A stretch of 64,000 nucleotides of DNA, taken from Malacoraja senta. Lineage: Eukaryota. This document shows positions 49,124 through 62,065 of the stretch, piece by piece. Position 1 is the first letter of the stretch. Every line of letters starts with the position of its first letter. The translations under genes and the position numbers were made by a program. The stretch spans positions 62,001 through 126,000 of the forward strand of contig JAXLNO010001453.1 in the NCBI GenBank assembly GCA_038087875.1, written 5' to 3'. The notes under the pieces were generated by a model. It did no database searches and was not told the DNA's origin. It saw nothing but the letters and a program-made list of their open reading frames with translations.

Positions 49124-52100
49124 CATTACAATAATAATCCCTTCGTGAGTGAGTGCAAAAACTATGTAATGAAGGAGTTTTATCTGAAATCTTTCCGCAT
49201 CAATTAAAAAAAAAATAGCTGAGAAATAGAATCTGAAGTCGCTCCCTGCACTGGAATGCATATTTGGCCATCTATTTAACGTGCGACACGGGCGCGTTGT
49301 TCAAAGTGTCCAGTGGGGAGGGCGGCCATGTGGAACCGATTGCTATGTTGTACTGGAGCAGACCTCCAATGTTTCCGGAATTGAGCCTTGCCGTTAACTG
49401 TTTCCACCTTCCTTTGAATCCAGCGGCAAAGTCTCCAGCACGCAATGAAAACAGACAAAGAGTTATGGACATAAACATTTCATGCTCCATTACTCTACTC
49501 TTCTTTCAGACGTTCCATGGTTACGTATGTAAGTGCCCAGTGCACAAATGTGTTTAATAAAATTCTTGCTGCAACATTTACGTTAATGAGAGTTCGATTT
49601 TATTTTTGCTTCTCGCACTCAATGTAATGCCTCATTGCACCTTGCAGAGGCTTTCGGTTTTCATCACAATTATTAACTCTGGACTAGATGCAGCCAAAGG
49701 TTGTGGGTGCTATTCATACAAGTTGGCATTACTAATTATATTTTAATGGAAGCAGAGTGTAACAGGCGAGTATCCACTAGAGGACGGTAAAGTGAGTAGG
49801 TTCACCTGTGTGGTAAAGAGATTCTGAATCGATTTGCATTAATGTCCCACCTCCATTGATGCAGCGCCGACGCTGGAGCTCTGCCGAGGCGAAGTAGCTA
49901 AATTCGGCGTACCAGTACATATCTGTTTTGAGCGGTTGCATCATTTGCATCATTTATCGCTCTCATTGTACGCATCACGGAGATGAAGAAGCGCAAAGGA
50001 TTGCATCTTCGTCTTGAGAGCATTTCTTGTCGGGTAGGCGACGTATCGGCTGTTTAGTGACCTGCAGCGAAAAAAATGGAGACTGATGAACTAACATTTT
50101 ATCGACATATAAACTGATAACAAAAGTATGTTTGGGACAAAATTAGTTTTCCTTCAGTTGTTTGTGCCAGTTTTGATATCCATTGGGATCAGTGTCCATT
50201 TGTGACGTGGCGCCACCTTCCACAGCAATCTTTTCTGAATCTGATTTACCAACAAACCCTCCATCCGTAGAATCCAGCCGCCACGCCTCCAAATGAATGG
50301 CAATAGCTCTACTATTCCGGTCCTCGATTCTTCCCCATCATCACACTGTTCTTCTCTAAACCCATCTCTGATTGCTCATGTAAGTACTCATTGATATAAT
50401 GAGATTACAATGTACATTAAAGATTCACTCCTCACCAGTTGCATCCAACGGTAGCGGATGGTGTTTATTCAAGCAAGGGAATCTAATAATATTTTAAGGA
50501 AGCAGAGTCTAGTAGTCGGGGCGGTAAAGGGAGAAGGTTCGCTTTTCTGATTGGTCATATTACAAATTGGTCTGGCATGTATCTCCCGAGCCACTACCAC
50601 AGCGCAGACGCTGAGGTTCTGCAGAGGCTAAGAGAGTAGAATAAAAACAAGAGGAAAACGCTCGAAAGGAAGCTTCTCAGAATCGAGTGCATCTCGGGTA
50701 GGACTCCGCAGTTGGCCAGACATTGAGAAAAATGGAGAAGGCTTCCAATTAAAATGTAACTGATTACGAAGAATAATGGATCTTCAGCTGTTTGTGCCAG
50801 CTAAGATATTCACGAGGATCAGGGTTGATTGGTGACTTTTGTCTTGGCGGCAACTTCTGCACAAATCTTTCCATAACATAATTTACATTCCTTCATACTT
50901 TGAATGCAAGAGCAAGCCTTCAGCTCTCAATGGCAATAGGTCCACAGTTCCGTTCCTCAACCGTTCCATGCCCATCACAGTTTTCTTTTTGTGGCCATCT
51001 ATGATTTTCTATGTAAGTACCCAGACCACAATACTTGATAACCTTCTTTTAGTCTGCTTCTCCCACATTCGTGCAATAATATGTGTATACACACATATAT
51101 TCCATTTGGAGATACAGCGCGGAAACAGGCTCCTCGGCACAGCGAGTCCGCGTTGATCAGCGATTCCTGCACACTAACACCATCCTACACATTGCTGATA
51201 ATTTACCATTTTTACCGAAACCAATTAACCTACAAACCGAAACGTCTTTGGAGTGTTCGAGGAAACCGGAGCACCCGGATAAAAGCCTACGGGGAGAACG
51301 GCCAACGGGTCACGCGGATAACGGACATACTCCGTGCAGGCAACAATAGTGGTCAGGATCAAATCCGGATCTCTGACGGTTTAGGATAGCATCACTGCCG
51401 CTGCGGCACCTCTGCGGGTTTGATAGTAAACAATGTTATGGAAAGATTTTTACCGAAGGTGATGCCAAGTGTCAAGTCATAAATCAACACTGATCATAAA
51501 TAGTAATATATATAGTAATATATATAAATATAAATATTTAAACAATATGTTAATACATATAAAACTAATTGTTATAATAATATATACAAATATAATAATA
51601 TATACAAATAATATTAGGGAATACTATTTATTGTCATACAAAACAGACATGGTTCGTACGAAATGTATAATTGTATATATTATTATTATATTTATTTTAA
51701 TATATTTATATATATATTTAAATGGATGGATGGAGATATTAACAGAGGACATCGCATCAGGCGTTAAACAGATTAAATGCGTTTGGCAGAATGTCACAAT
51801 TCTAGAATCGTTTTGGCATTACGAGAACGCACAGAAGGAAGAGCAGTTCTCAGCAAAGTGTGTGGAGGCTTCTCTGAACTGCTGACAAGAGTTCACTTCA
51901 AATACTTCCAACTGACTCAGTAGATGTTTTTCTCACATAGAAGACGGAATGTTGCTCGAAAGCAAATATCTAAATTGCTCTCTGGGTATTACTTCCCCGA
52001 TTTAATCAAATCCCTGCTTGCTTTTGTTTGCAATTGCAAAACAAGACACTTCCCACATTATCTTCCGTGGCCCATGGACCGACCCTTTACCCAACCGTCC

Positions 52101-55100
52101 ATTTACTGTTCTCTCTTGAGTCCTCCCTTCATCATTGCAATCTCTGTGTATCGGACATAACGCTGTTCCTACAATGTACGCTCTATTCGCTAAAAAAATC
52201 AACCAAAGACTTAATTTTAAACAAAAAAATCACATGAGATGAGCGTTAGTGGGAATAGTAAGTTATCAGCAATGGTCTCTCCAACGTGCATCACTTTCCA
52301 ATGAGGACAATAGAAACATAGAAACATAGAAAATAGAAGCAGGAGGAGGCCGTTGGGCCCTTCTAGCCAGCATCGCCATTCACTGTGATCATGGCTGATC
52401 GTCCGCAATCAATAACCCGTGCCTGCCTTCTCCACATATCCCTTGATTCCACTAGCCCCTAGAGCTGTATCTAACTCACTCTTAAATCCATCCAGTGACT
52501 TGGCCTCCACTACCCTCTGTGGTAGGAAATTCCACAAATTCGCAACTCTATGGGTGAAAAAGTTTTTTCTCACCTCAGTCTTAAATGGCTTCCCCCATTA
52601 TTCTAAGACTGTGTCCCTTGCTTCTGGACTCGCCCAACATTGTGGACATTTTTCCTGCATCTAGCTTATCCAGTCCTATTATGATTTTATATGTTTCTAT
52701 AAGGCCCCCCCCTCATGCGTCTAAACTCCAGTGAATACCAGCCTAGTCTTTTCAATCTTTCCTCATATGACAGTCCCTCCATCGCAGGGATCAATCTCGT
52801 GAACCTACGCTGCACTGCCTCAATCAGAAGGATGTCCTTCCTCAAATTAGGAGACCAAAACTGTACACAATACTCCAGATGTGGTCTCACCAGAGCTCTA
52901 TACGACTGCAGAAGAAACTCTTTACTCCCAGGCTGAAATCCTCTTGTTATGAAGGCCAACATTCCATTATCTTTCTTGTAATTGTAAATCAGCATTTTCG
53001 GTTCCTTGTTGCTGCAGATGCAACAGCTGATTTTACACCTGCTCTATTCCCACAATTCATGCCAATTGAAATCTATGGGGAACCATACGAGGTTGGGGCG
53101 ATGAACGGGCGAGGAGAACGTCCATACATTTAATATTTCAGGTAAAGGATTTAGGGTAGTTGATGTTGGGAGAATGGTTTCACAGTGGAGAGAAACCAGG
53201 GAGGGTTTGGGATGAGGTGTGGCGGGTGGGTGTTACACGGAAACAGTCCCGTCGAGTCAACACCGCCACCGATTACCCGTCCACAACCATTTCCATGTTA
53301 TCTCAGTTTCGCACGACTCTCCCCATACGAGGGGGAATTTTCAGAAGGCTGATCAACCTAAAAACACGCATGCCTTTAGGACGTGGGCTCAAACTGGGGC
53401 ACCCGGAGTTAACACACGCGTTCTCATGGAGATTGCCCAGCAGCACCCGAGTTCAGGATCACACACGTCTATCTGGAGCTGTCAGGTAGCAGCTCTACCA
53501 GCCGCGCCACTGTGTATTCCGCTAATAGTGGGCGATTTCCTTCGGCTGCTACAGTGTCTTCCCACGAAGGATGGCGATAATCTATCTGCCATTGCCGCGT
53601 GGAAGGTAGTATCATCGGTTGGAGTTGATTGGCTGATGAAATTGAGAGATTTGCAATAGTAAGTAACAAGAATGAGATTCGAGGGATTGCTCAGAGCCGG
53701 CTTTAATTCCTCCTGCAGGGAGGGCAAGGAAAAGATGTGAAATCCCCAAAATTTATTTTCTCCGCCGATGACGGCTGAGATTTGTATAGCTTCAAATTTG
53801 AGTTGGGTACTCTCTCCCCAAATCCTCTTCGCTCCAGACTCTAGTATCCCGATTACACCATACGGCAAACACATCCTGTCATTTGGGTCTTGGGTCCTGA
53901 TATTTAGTTGACAGCGATGTACATGTTGTTCAATTTGAGGAATTCGCTGGGGCTGCTGGTTTCCGCTCAAGGGTAATTTCACGGTTGTTCACAGCTCATT
54001 CTGATTTATTGGCCCCCACATCCTGCTATACGTTCGGCTCCTCTCTCTTTCTCTCGCTCTTTCCACCTCCGTCGACCCACCCACGGCCCCTCGGTCCAAA
54101 CTGCAAACAATCTTTTTTATCTTGGATTCCAGTGCATATCACACTCTCAGAAAGGAAGCGGTAAATAAACCTCGTGGCCTTCGTTCAAGGAGTCCGATGG
54201 AACGGTCTCCCTGGACATCGACATCCCAAATGTTCCATTGGCGGACAATGGACGATAGTGATAGGCCAAAGCGCCAATCTGACCATTTCAATGAAGGCGC
54301 TTATCTAAAATGGTCCCATATGGCTGTACTTGGCGCATGTTCTTCTAAATCTTTTCTAACCATTAATTAGCCCAAATGCATCTTAAGTGTTGTAACGTCG
54401 CCGACTACGACCACTTCCTTACACATATCGGCATAGTGGCGTAGTGGTAAAGCTACTGCCTTGGAGCGCCAGAGACCCGGGTTCGATCCTGACTACGGCT
54501 ACTTGTCTGTACTGAGTTTGTCCATTCTACCCGTGTGTTTTCTTCGAGATCTTCGATTTCACCCAACACGCCAAAAAAGTCGAGTATGTAGGTTAACATC
54601 ATCCTTCCTGAAGTATTGACAGAACTGTATTCGAGAATGATATTCCAAGTGCAGAAAGAAGGAACTGCATAAGCTACTTTAAAAAAAGATACATAACATT
54701 ATGTAGACATTATTGGGTCAAACAACATCTCCGGAGAAAATGCACACTATGTTACACATTTAATGCTACAATCCTGTAAATAAAAGTCGAACCTTACACT
54801 CCTTTCACCTCCAAAACATTATCTGGAAATCCATCGAGCAACAGGGATATTTTCACCTCTGTGGTCCTGGCGCTTTTCAGTAATCGCGACCAGATGTGAA
54901 GTCTGGCGACTTCACTTATAGCATGGATTTATATACCAAGAATGCCATTCTTCTGCCGTAACCAACAGATAATAGTTGGCTATGATTTTGGAACTAGTCA
55001 TTCTTCTCAGTGCTGAAAATGCATGTTATTTATTAATATCATCCACCGAGCTAGCCTCAAATGTCTATGAAATAGAGACGTTTACCTTTTCTCCATGCTA

Positions 55101-55398
55101 GGTGTCCTTGTTGCCGTGATTCAGAGGCCACGTGACTTCGTGGCAATTGTAAGTGAGCCCGAATATGTTTCCAAGCATCTAGAAGCGAAACTGCTTGCTT
55201 GACATGTGGTGCTGTTAGTAGACGACTCCATCTTAGCTGAAAACGTGTATACTCCTTTCATTATAGAACTCACCATCGTCGTACACACATGTTCGTGTCC
55301 CATAGTGTCAACCACTGCTTACATTTTCTGTACATTATCAGCTCACCGGACTAAATGCGAACTTACAGGTTGAATGGTCTAAAGCAAGCACACATCTG

Positions 55399-56281
55399 TG
55401 GGCGGCGCGACTCTCGTCAGCAGCGGCCTCTGCAGTCCGTCTGTCTTTTTATTATTTTTGTCTCGTTTTTATGTAGTTTTTATTATTTTTTTTGTCGGGG
55501 TATATGTGTGTGGGGGGGGGGGTGGGGGTGGGGGTGGGGGGGGGAGAACTTTAAAATCTTTCCCCTGCACGGGAGACCCGACCTTTTCTTTGTCGGGTCT
55601 CCGTTGTCCTTGGGGCTGGGCAACGTGGAGCGGCCTCCACCAGGAACGACCTGGGGCTCCAGTTGCGGAGCTGCGGACTACTCACCGTCACGGGGCTGGC
55701 CGAGTCCGGAGCGGGTGGAGCTGTGGTGGAGACAATCGCTGCTGCGACCCGACCCCCGGAGATTCGGAGGCTACAACCGCGGTTCTGGCGGACAGCAACA
55801 CAGGAAGCCCGCGAGTCCCTGGAGGGAGACCGCTTTTCGGGGCTTCCGCAGCGGCGACTTCTCCCGCCCGAGTTGCGGGGTTGAAGAGCACCTGGAGCGG
55901 GGCTTTACATCGTCGCCCCGCGGGGCTTCGAGTGGCCGCGGTCCTTTGCGATAGCGCGCCGGGGCTCTAACACCAAGACCCGGTGCGCGACCTTGCATTA
56001 ACCGGCGTGGCTTTAATGGCCGCGGGATAATCACCATAGCCCGCCGGGGGCTTTGACTTTGACTCTGACATCGGGGGTGGGGGGGGGGGGGGAGAGTGCA
56101 GTGGAGAGATATGTTTTTTTGCCTTTCATCACAGCGCTGTGATGGATGTATGTGTAAATTATGTTGTGTCTCGGGTCTTCTTCGTTTTGTAATGTATGGC
56201 TGCAGAAACGATATTTCGTTTGGACCTCAACGGGGTCCAAATGACAAATTTATCCAAATGACAAATAAAATAATAATAATA
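55399..56281 (+). mobile_element. 883-bp non-autonomous GC-rich retroelement, longest copy in the window
   Basis: Absent at the empty site in unit 2 (cacacatctgaagacg, about 39535). Flanked by ATCTG duplicates (55394-55398 and 56282-56286). Has a G-tract at 55512-55544, a 3' hairpin at 56219-56241 and a (TAA)n tail. Confidence 0.85.
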
Positions 56282-56630
56282 ATCTGAAGACGAGTGGTCG
56301 AGACATAGGATGGCATGTCCATGCGCGTCGATTGGCTCTGTCTGCAAACTTTGTTAAGCGTGGGCAAAGTAAGGGTAAGGGCTTGCCTCCGTAGTTTGTA
56401 ACTCAATAAGCAAAGATTAGAGTGCTGCTGGAAATTAATTCAAACCACGCAGCCACGTTCTGCACGCTCTCTATCTGTTGTCCCTCAGAACTCTGTCATA
56501 CCATGCCCAGCTGTTGATCAGAACAAACATGCGACATTTTGCTCGCATTGCGTTGTGCGTGACATTCGTTATTGGTAACAACGTTTATTTTTTTAATGTT
56601 TTCATGTCCTTCAACAGAGAATTGCAAATC

Positions 56631-57462
56631 TGTAGATTGATGATGCATGTGAACCAATCACACTTAGCCAGCATCACTAACTCCACCCCACTATAACACT
56701 TATACTAAGGCCTATTCCCAGCAACGTCAGTCTGAGCAGCTAGGATGAACTGACTACACCTTGTCTTTAAATGCTGCCAAGTTACAGTGCTGATTATATA
56801 TGTGTTTAAATCATATACTCTCAGGTGTCTGTCTACATGGTGTCAGAAGTGGCATTAATCCCAAAGAACTGAACACTGCCATTAAGCGCCCACACCATCC
56901 CACGAAGACAGTAGAGAATGTTGCGGCAAAGATCGGAACGGCCATCCTATTTTCTGTCCGAGATGCAAAGAAACGGTCATACGACAGATCCAGCAGACCA
57001 CTCCAGCCTCTACTGCCTGGCCAGGTCGTCCGTCTATGAACTTCAACTGGACATTCTCGTCTGGGCACTGTTGTACGCCCGACTGATGAGCCGCGATCGT
57101 ACCTTGTGGACTGTGAGGGAGCGGTATACCGGAGAAGTCGACAACACCTGCTTGCTGTGAAGGAGCCCCGACCACCGCCTGCTGATCCCTATGCTCCGCC
57201 GCTCCAGCTCCAGCCGCCTTTCGCAATGTCTCACGCCCGTGGCCGCATGCCTTGCACGCCCCCCTCCCACGTCCCTCGGTCTCCACTAACCACGGGGTTA
57301 CACATACAGCATGTTTCCCCTGTCGGTCACCACAAGCCTCTCCCGTGCGATTTTCACCTTCAGCCTCTCCACCTAATCCTTCAGTGGAGGGAGGGAATGG
57401 TTGGGTCTGATGCTGACTAAAGATGTGTTTAAATTATATACTGTCTCAGGGGTCTGTCTACA
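56631..57462 (+). mobile_element. Miniature Gypsy-type LTR element (unit 3 copy)
   Basis: Same TSD, termini, PBS and PPT as 18481-19312. Confidence 0.88.
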
Positions 57463-58906
57463 AAATCGAAGCGGTCGGGTTAAACATAGAAACATAGAAA
57501 CATAGAAAATATGTGCAGGAATAGGCCATTCTGCCCTTCGAGCCTGAAACGCTATTCAATATGATCATGGCTGATCATCCAACTCAGTATCCTGTACCTG
57601 CTTTCTCTCCATACCCCCTGATACCATTAGCCACAAGGGCCACATCTAAATCCCTCTAACTAAATGTTGTGGCCTAGCATAACGGGTCCACAAATCAAGG
57701 AGGCACAAGGGAAGATACAAAACAAAATACACAAGGTATGCGTAGTCCTTGCCATCAGTAAATGTCGTTTGGGATGTAAATGGCCATCGGGATGTTCCCG
57801 TTTTCAGTATTAGAGATACAGCACAGAAACAGGCCCTTCGGCCCACCAATATCACGTTGACCAGCGAGTTCCGTACACTAACACTATGCTACACATTGGG
57901 CACTTTAGTTTCATTCTTGGAACACAGATTCTTGGATTCATGGAACACATCGCAGAACAGCGTATATTGACGTCGCAACACGTCTCATGCTTCCAGAAAC
58001 CCACTGCACCGACGAGGTCCTCTCTTCAGCAGCCGGTCTCCTTACCGGCCCTATGTCGGCCTCCTCCCATTGTGGGCGGGCGAACCGGGACTTCCGGCTG
58101 AGTTCCCGCGCGAGGCGCTTGTTCTCCGTCCTCGGTCTGCGGCGGGCGAACCAGGCATACCGGGCTGGTCCTCAGTTATTGGCGATTGAGGTCTGGCCTA
58201 GCCAGCGATACTCTGTCCGCGTTGAGCTGCCTACTGCTGGGTGTGGCCGCGACTAGATCACATCTGGCCGCGCTTTGGCCACATTCGAGACACATGCAGG
58301 TTTGCCGTTTAATTGGTCTCTATAATTGTTCCTGTGTGCAGGAGAGAGGCTGTGTGCGGTTACTTGCTGGTCGGCGTGGACGTGATGGAGCGAAGGGACT
58401 GTTTTCACTCTGTAAACTAAACTAAAGAAAACTCAAGCAATGTCTTATAGTTCACTCTATAATTCGCTCTCTTCAGAAACGGCACGAAGTTAGATTGTTT
58501 TCCTTTCAATGCTACATTATCGTGTAACTGAAATGTAACTAGCAGATGAAAGTGTTTTCACCGGAAGTAAAGATAATGAAATGTTTCTGGCTTCTTCTTC
58601 GTATTTCTTTATTCTTCCAAGTACTTTTTAGATAGAGAGAACAAAAGATGAAAAACTCTTTCGGAGACATAAAAATCAGCGAGATTGATTCGAATTGATC
58701 GGAGAGCACCTTGGTTCGCATTGAATAATTAACATTGTTGAAACAGAATCTCTTGTTTGTTTCATATTGCTCATGTTGACAGTTGTTCAAAGAAGAAGAA
58801 AGATTCACCTGGTTAACTTGGTCAACACATTCCTATGTATTCATAATTTGAGTGTTTAGTAATAAATTGATCTTTGGCTAAATCGACTAAACCTGTTGTT
58901 TTTATT

Positions 58907-59006
58907 GGGGGTACACAAAAAAATGCTGGAGAAACTCAGCGGGTGCAGCAGCATCTATGGAGCGAAGGAAATAGGTAACGTTTCGGGCCGAAACCCTTCT
59001 TCAGAC
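58907..59006 (-). mobile_element. 100-bp Penelope-type pseudo-LTR fragment with 15-bp TSD and hammerhead-like motif, unit 3 only
   Basis: TSD CCTGTTGTTTTTATT at 58892-58906 and 59007-59021, with the empty site at about 20769. The minus strand reads CTGAAGA-A-GGGT-TTCG-GCCC-GAAAC-GTT-ACC. Confidence 0.75.
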
Positions 59007-60424
59007 CCTGTTGTTTTTATTCTTGTATTGAAAGAAGTTGCGCAACTTCTGGGGGCAGATAAATCTTCGGTAACCCGTCATGGTCAATGTGTATCTGCAA
59101 CATCAGAGGTGCAGCTGTAGAAACGCTGCAGAATATGACAGTGCCCCAATCCCTTAATTCATCGAATCTGCTTTTTAACATTAGGAGCGAACTCTCTCTT
59201 GAATACATTAATTTTATTTTATTGCTAATATTATGCCATCTCCGGTCTGTCACCAATCAAATACACTTTACTGATTGCACTTGGCGAATTCTATTTTGAA
59301 GAAAAATAAACAGCCTTTATCATTAACCTTCTTTTTCGCCTTCTAACTGCTGCCTTGCCGCTGGAGATTTCTTTTATTTTCTGTGCAATTGTACATTTTC
59401 AGTATCTGCGGTATTTTGTATTTTATTAAACTACGCCATATTGCAGCTGGTCCAAATTCGGCGCATCTTCTGCTGCATATGCCATACATGCAGGGTACAG
59501 TCATTGCCTAAAAATTAAAAAAAAAACTTCGTTTAACAGCAGGCACAATCACTGTTCATAATCACTGCACCTCTTCGGACTTCCTGTGGCCATTGCGAAA
59601 ATAATACCAAACTTCCTAAACCTGGACCAGACTCTGTCTGTTTTGGAACGTTGAAAATATTTTGTAGCGTGCTATCCAGTCAGCAGAAAGACAATACTTG
59701 ATTGTAATGGAGCCATTTGTAGTATTATAGATACATGATAATGGCACAACGTTTAATGCAAGGTGAAGCCAGCATAGCCCAATCATACATAGTGCTAGGG
59801 TCAGCATTTAGGTAGATCAGTTGAGGAACAGATTTTTAGTCACAATGTCTGTGTCGACCTGATACCAAGAGCAGCTCCGATCTACCTGCGCGTTACCGAT
59901 ATCCCTCCATTCCCTGCAGATTCATATCTCCATCCAAATCTATTTTAAATTCCACTATCGTATCCGCCTTAACCATCAGCCCTGGCAGCGCCTTACATGC
60001 ACTCGCCGCACTTTGTGTAAAACATTGCGCCGCACATGTTCGTTAAATTCTGCCCTTCGTACCATAAAGCTGTGACCTCTTGTATATAATGTTTTCCATT
60101 CTGGGAAAATCAAAGTTCCGGCAGTCTACCGGGTCTCATAAGTTTACATAACTCGACCAGGTCTCCCCGCAATCTCCGACGTTCCAGAGGGATACAAATC
60201 CAAATATGACCAATCTCTCCCTGTACCTAATACCCGCCAATCCAGCCACCGTGCGCAACTGAGCAACTGCGGCTGTGAAACACGCTGTTCTTATTACGTT
60301 TCTTCATCTTGCTGAATTGACAAAGTCATTCACTAATGGCTTTGCTGCCGGTCACCAGTTTCTGCAGCGTGCTAGTTTAGTTAGTTTACATTAGTTTGGT
60401 GTAGTTAAAGTAAACTAAACAAAT

Positions 60425-62045
60425 ACAAGTATAAATATAAAGGAGGTTAGTAAAAGCTTCTTTAGGTATGTGATGAGGAAAAAATAGTTAAGACCATAGT
60501 TGGACCCTTGAAGACTGAACAGGGTCAATTTATTGCGGGGTACAAGGAAATGGCAAATGAGTTGGACAGGTACTTTCGATCCGTCTTCACTAAGGAGGAC
60601 AGAAACAATCTTCCAGATGTACTAGCCAGATGATCTGGGGTGACGGAGTAACTGAAGGAAATCGACAATTGGCAGGAAATGGTGTTGGGTAGACTGATGC
60701 GATTGAAGGCTGATAAATCCCCAGCGCCTGATGATCTGCATCCCAGGGTAGATAAGGAAGTGACTCTAGAAATCGTGGACGCATTGGTGATCATTTTCCA
60801 ATGTTCTATAGATTCAGGATAGGTTCCTGTGGATTGGAGTGTAGCTGATGTTATCCCACTTTTTAAGAAAGGCGGGAGAGAGAAAACAGTGAATTATAGA
60901 TCAGTTAGCTTGACATCGGTGGTAGGGAAGATGCTGGAGTCAACTATGTAAGATGAAATGGCGGCTCATTTGGAGAGAAGCAACAGGATCGGTCCGAATC
61001 AGCATGGATTTACGAAGGGGAAATCATGCTTGACTAATCTTCTGGAATTTTTTGAGGATTTAACTAGGAGAATGGACAAGGGAGAGCCAGAGGATGAAGT
61101 GCACCTGGACATTCAGAAAGCATTTGATAAAGTCCCACATTGGAGATCAGTGGGCAAAATTAGGGCACATGGTATTGGGGGTAGAGTGCTGACATGGATA
61201 GCAAATTTTCTCATGTTACTTTGATTCCCTTCATCCAAATCATTTATGTATATTGTAAATAGCTGCGGTCCCAGCACCGACCTTGCGGTACCCAACTTTT
61301 CACTGCCTGCCATTCCGAATGGGACCCGTTAATCCCTACTCTTTGTATCCTGTCTGCCAAACAATTTTCCATCCATGTCAGCGCTCTACCACCAATACCA
61401 TGTGGCCTAATTTTGCCCACTAATCTCCTGTGGGACCTTATCAAATGCTTTCTGAATGACCAGGACACTACATCCACTGGCTCTCCCTTGTCCATTTTCC
61501 TACTTCCATCCTTAAAAAAATTCCAGAAGATTAGTCAAGCATGATTTCCCCTTCGTAATTCCATGCTGACTCGGACCGATCCTGTTACTGCTAACCAAAT
61601 GTGCCGCTATTCTTTTATAATTGATTCCAGCATCTACCCAACCACCGATGTCAGGCAAACTGGTCTATAATTCCCTGTTTTCTCTCTGCCGCATTTCATA
61701 GAAAGTGGGATAACATTAGCTACCCTCCAATCCACAGGAACTGATCCTGAATCTAGAGAACATTGGAAAATTAACACCAATGCATCCACAATTTCTAAGC
61801 CACTTCCTTAAGTACCCTGGGATGCAGACTATCAGGCCTCGGGGATTTATCAGCCTTCAGTCCCATCAGTCTACAGAACACCATTTCATGCTTAATGTGG
61901 ATTTCCTTCAGTTCATTTGTCACCCCAGATCCCCTGGCCACATCAAGAACATTGTTTGTGTCCTCCATAGTGAAGACGGATCCAAAGTACCTTTTCAACC
62001 CATCTGCCATTTCCTTGTTCCCAATAATAAATTCACTTTTTTCAA
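60425..62045. mobile_element. Inverted pair of CR1 fragments (unit 3 copy)
   Basis: Near-identical to 22190-23815. The junction palindrome carries one substitution (AGCAAATTTTCT). Confidence 0.82.
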
Positions 62046-62065
62046 TCTTCATGGTCCAATCTTCA

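Larger units (their letters stand above)
45212..62065. repeat. Segmental tandem repeat unit 3 (intact GPCR)
   Basis: Colinear with units 1 and 2. Confidence 0.9.

Noticed and set aside
55355-56037. Overlapping 150-200 aa ORFs on both strands (also 17392-18157)
   Set aside because: GC-rich non-coding element with low stop frequency, Arg/Gly/Pro-biased translations and no domain motifs.
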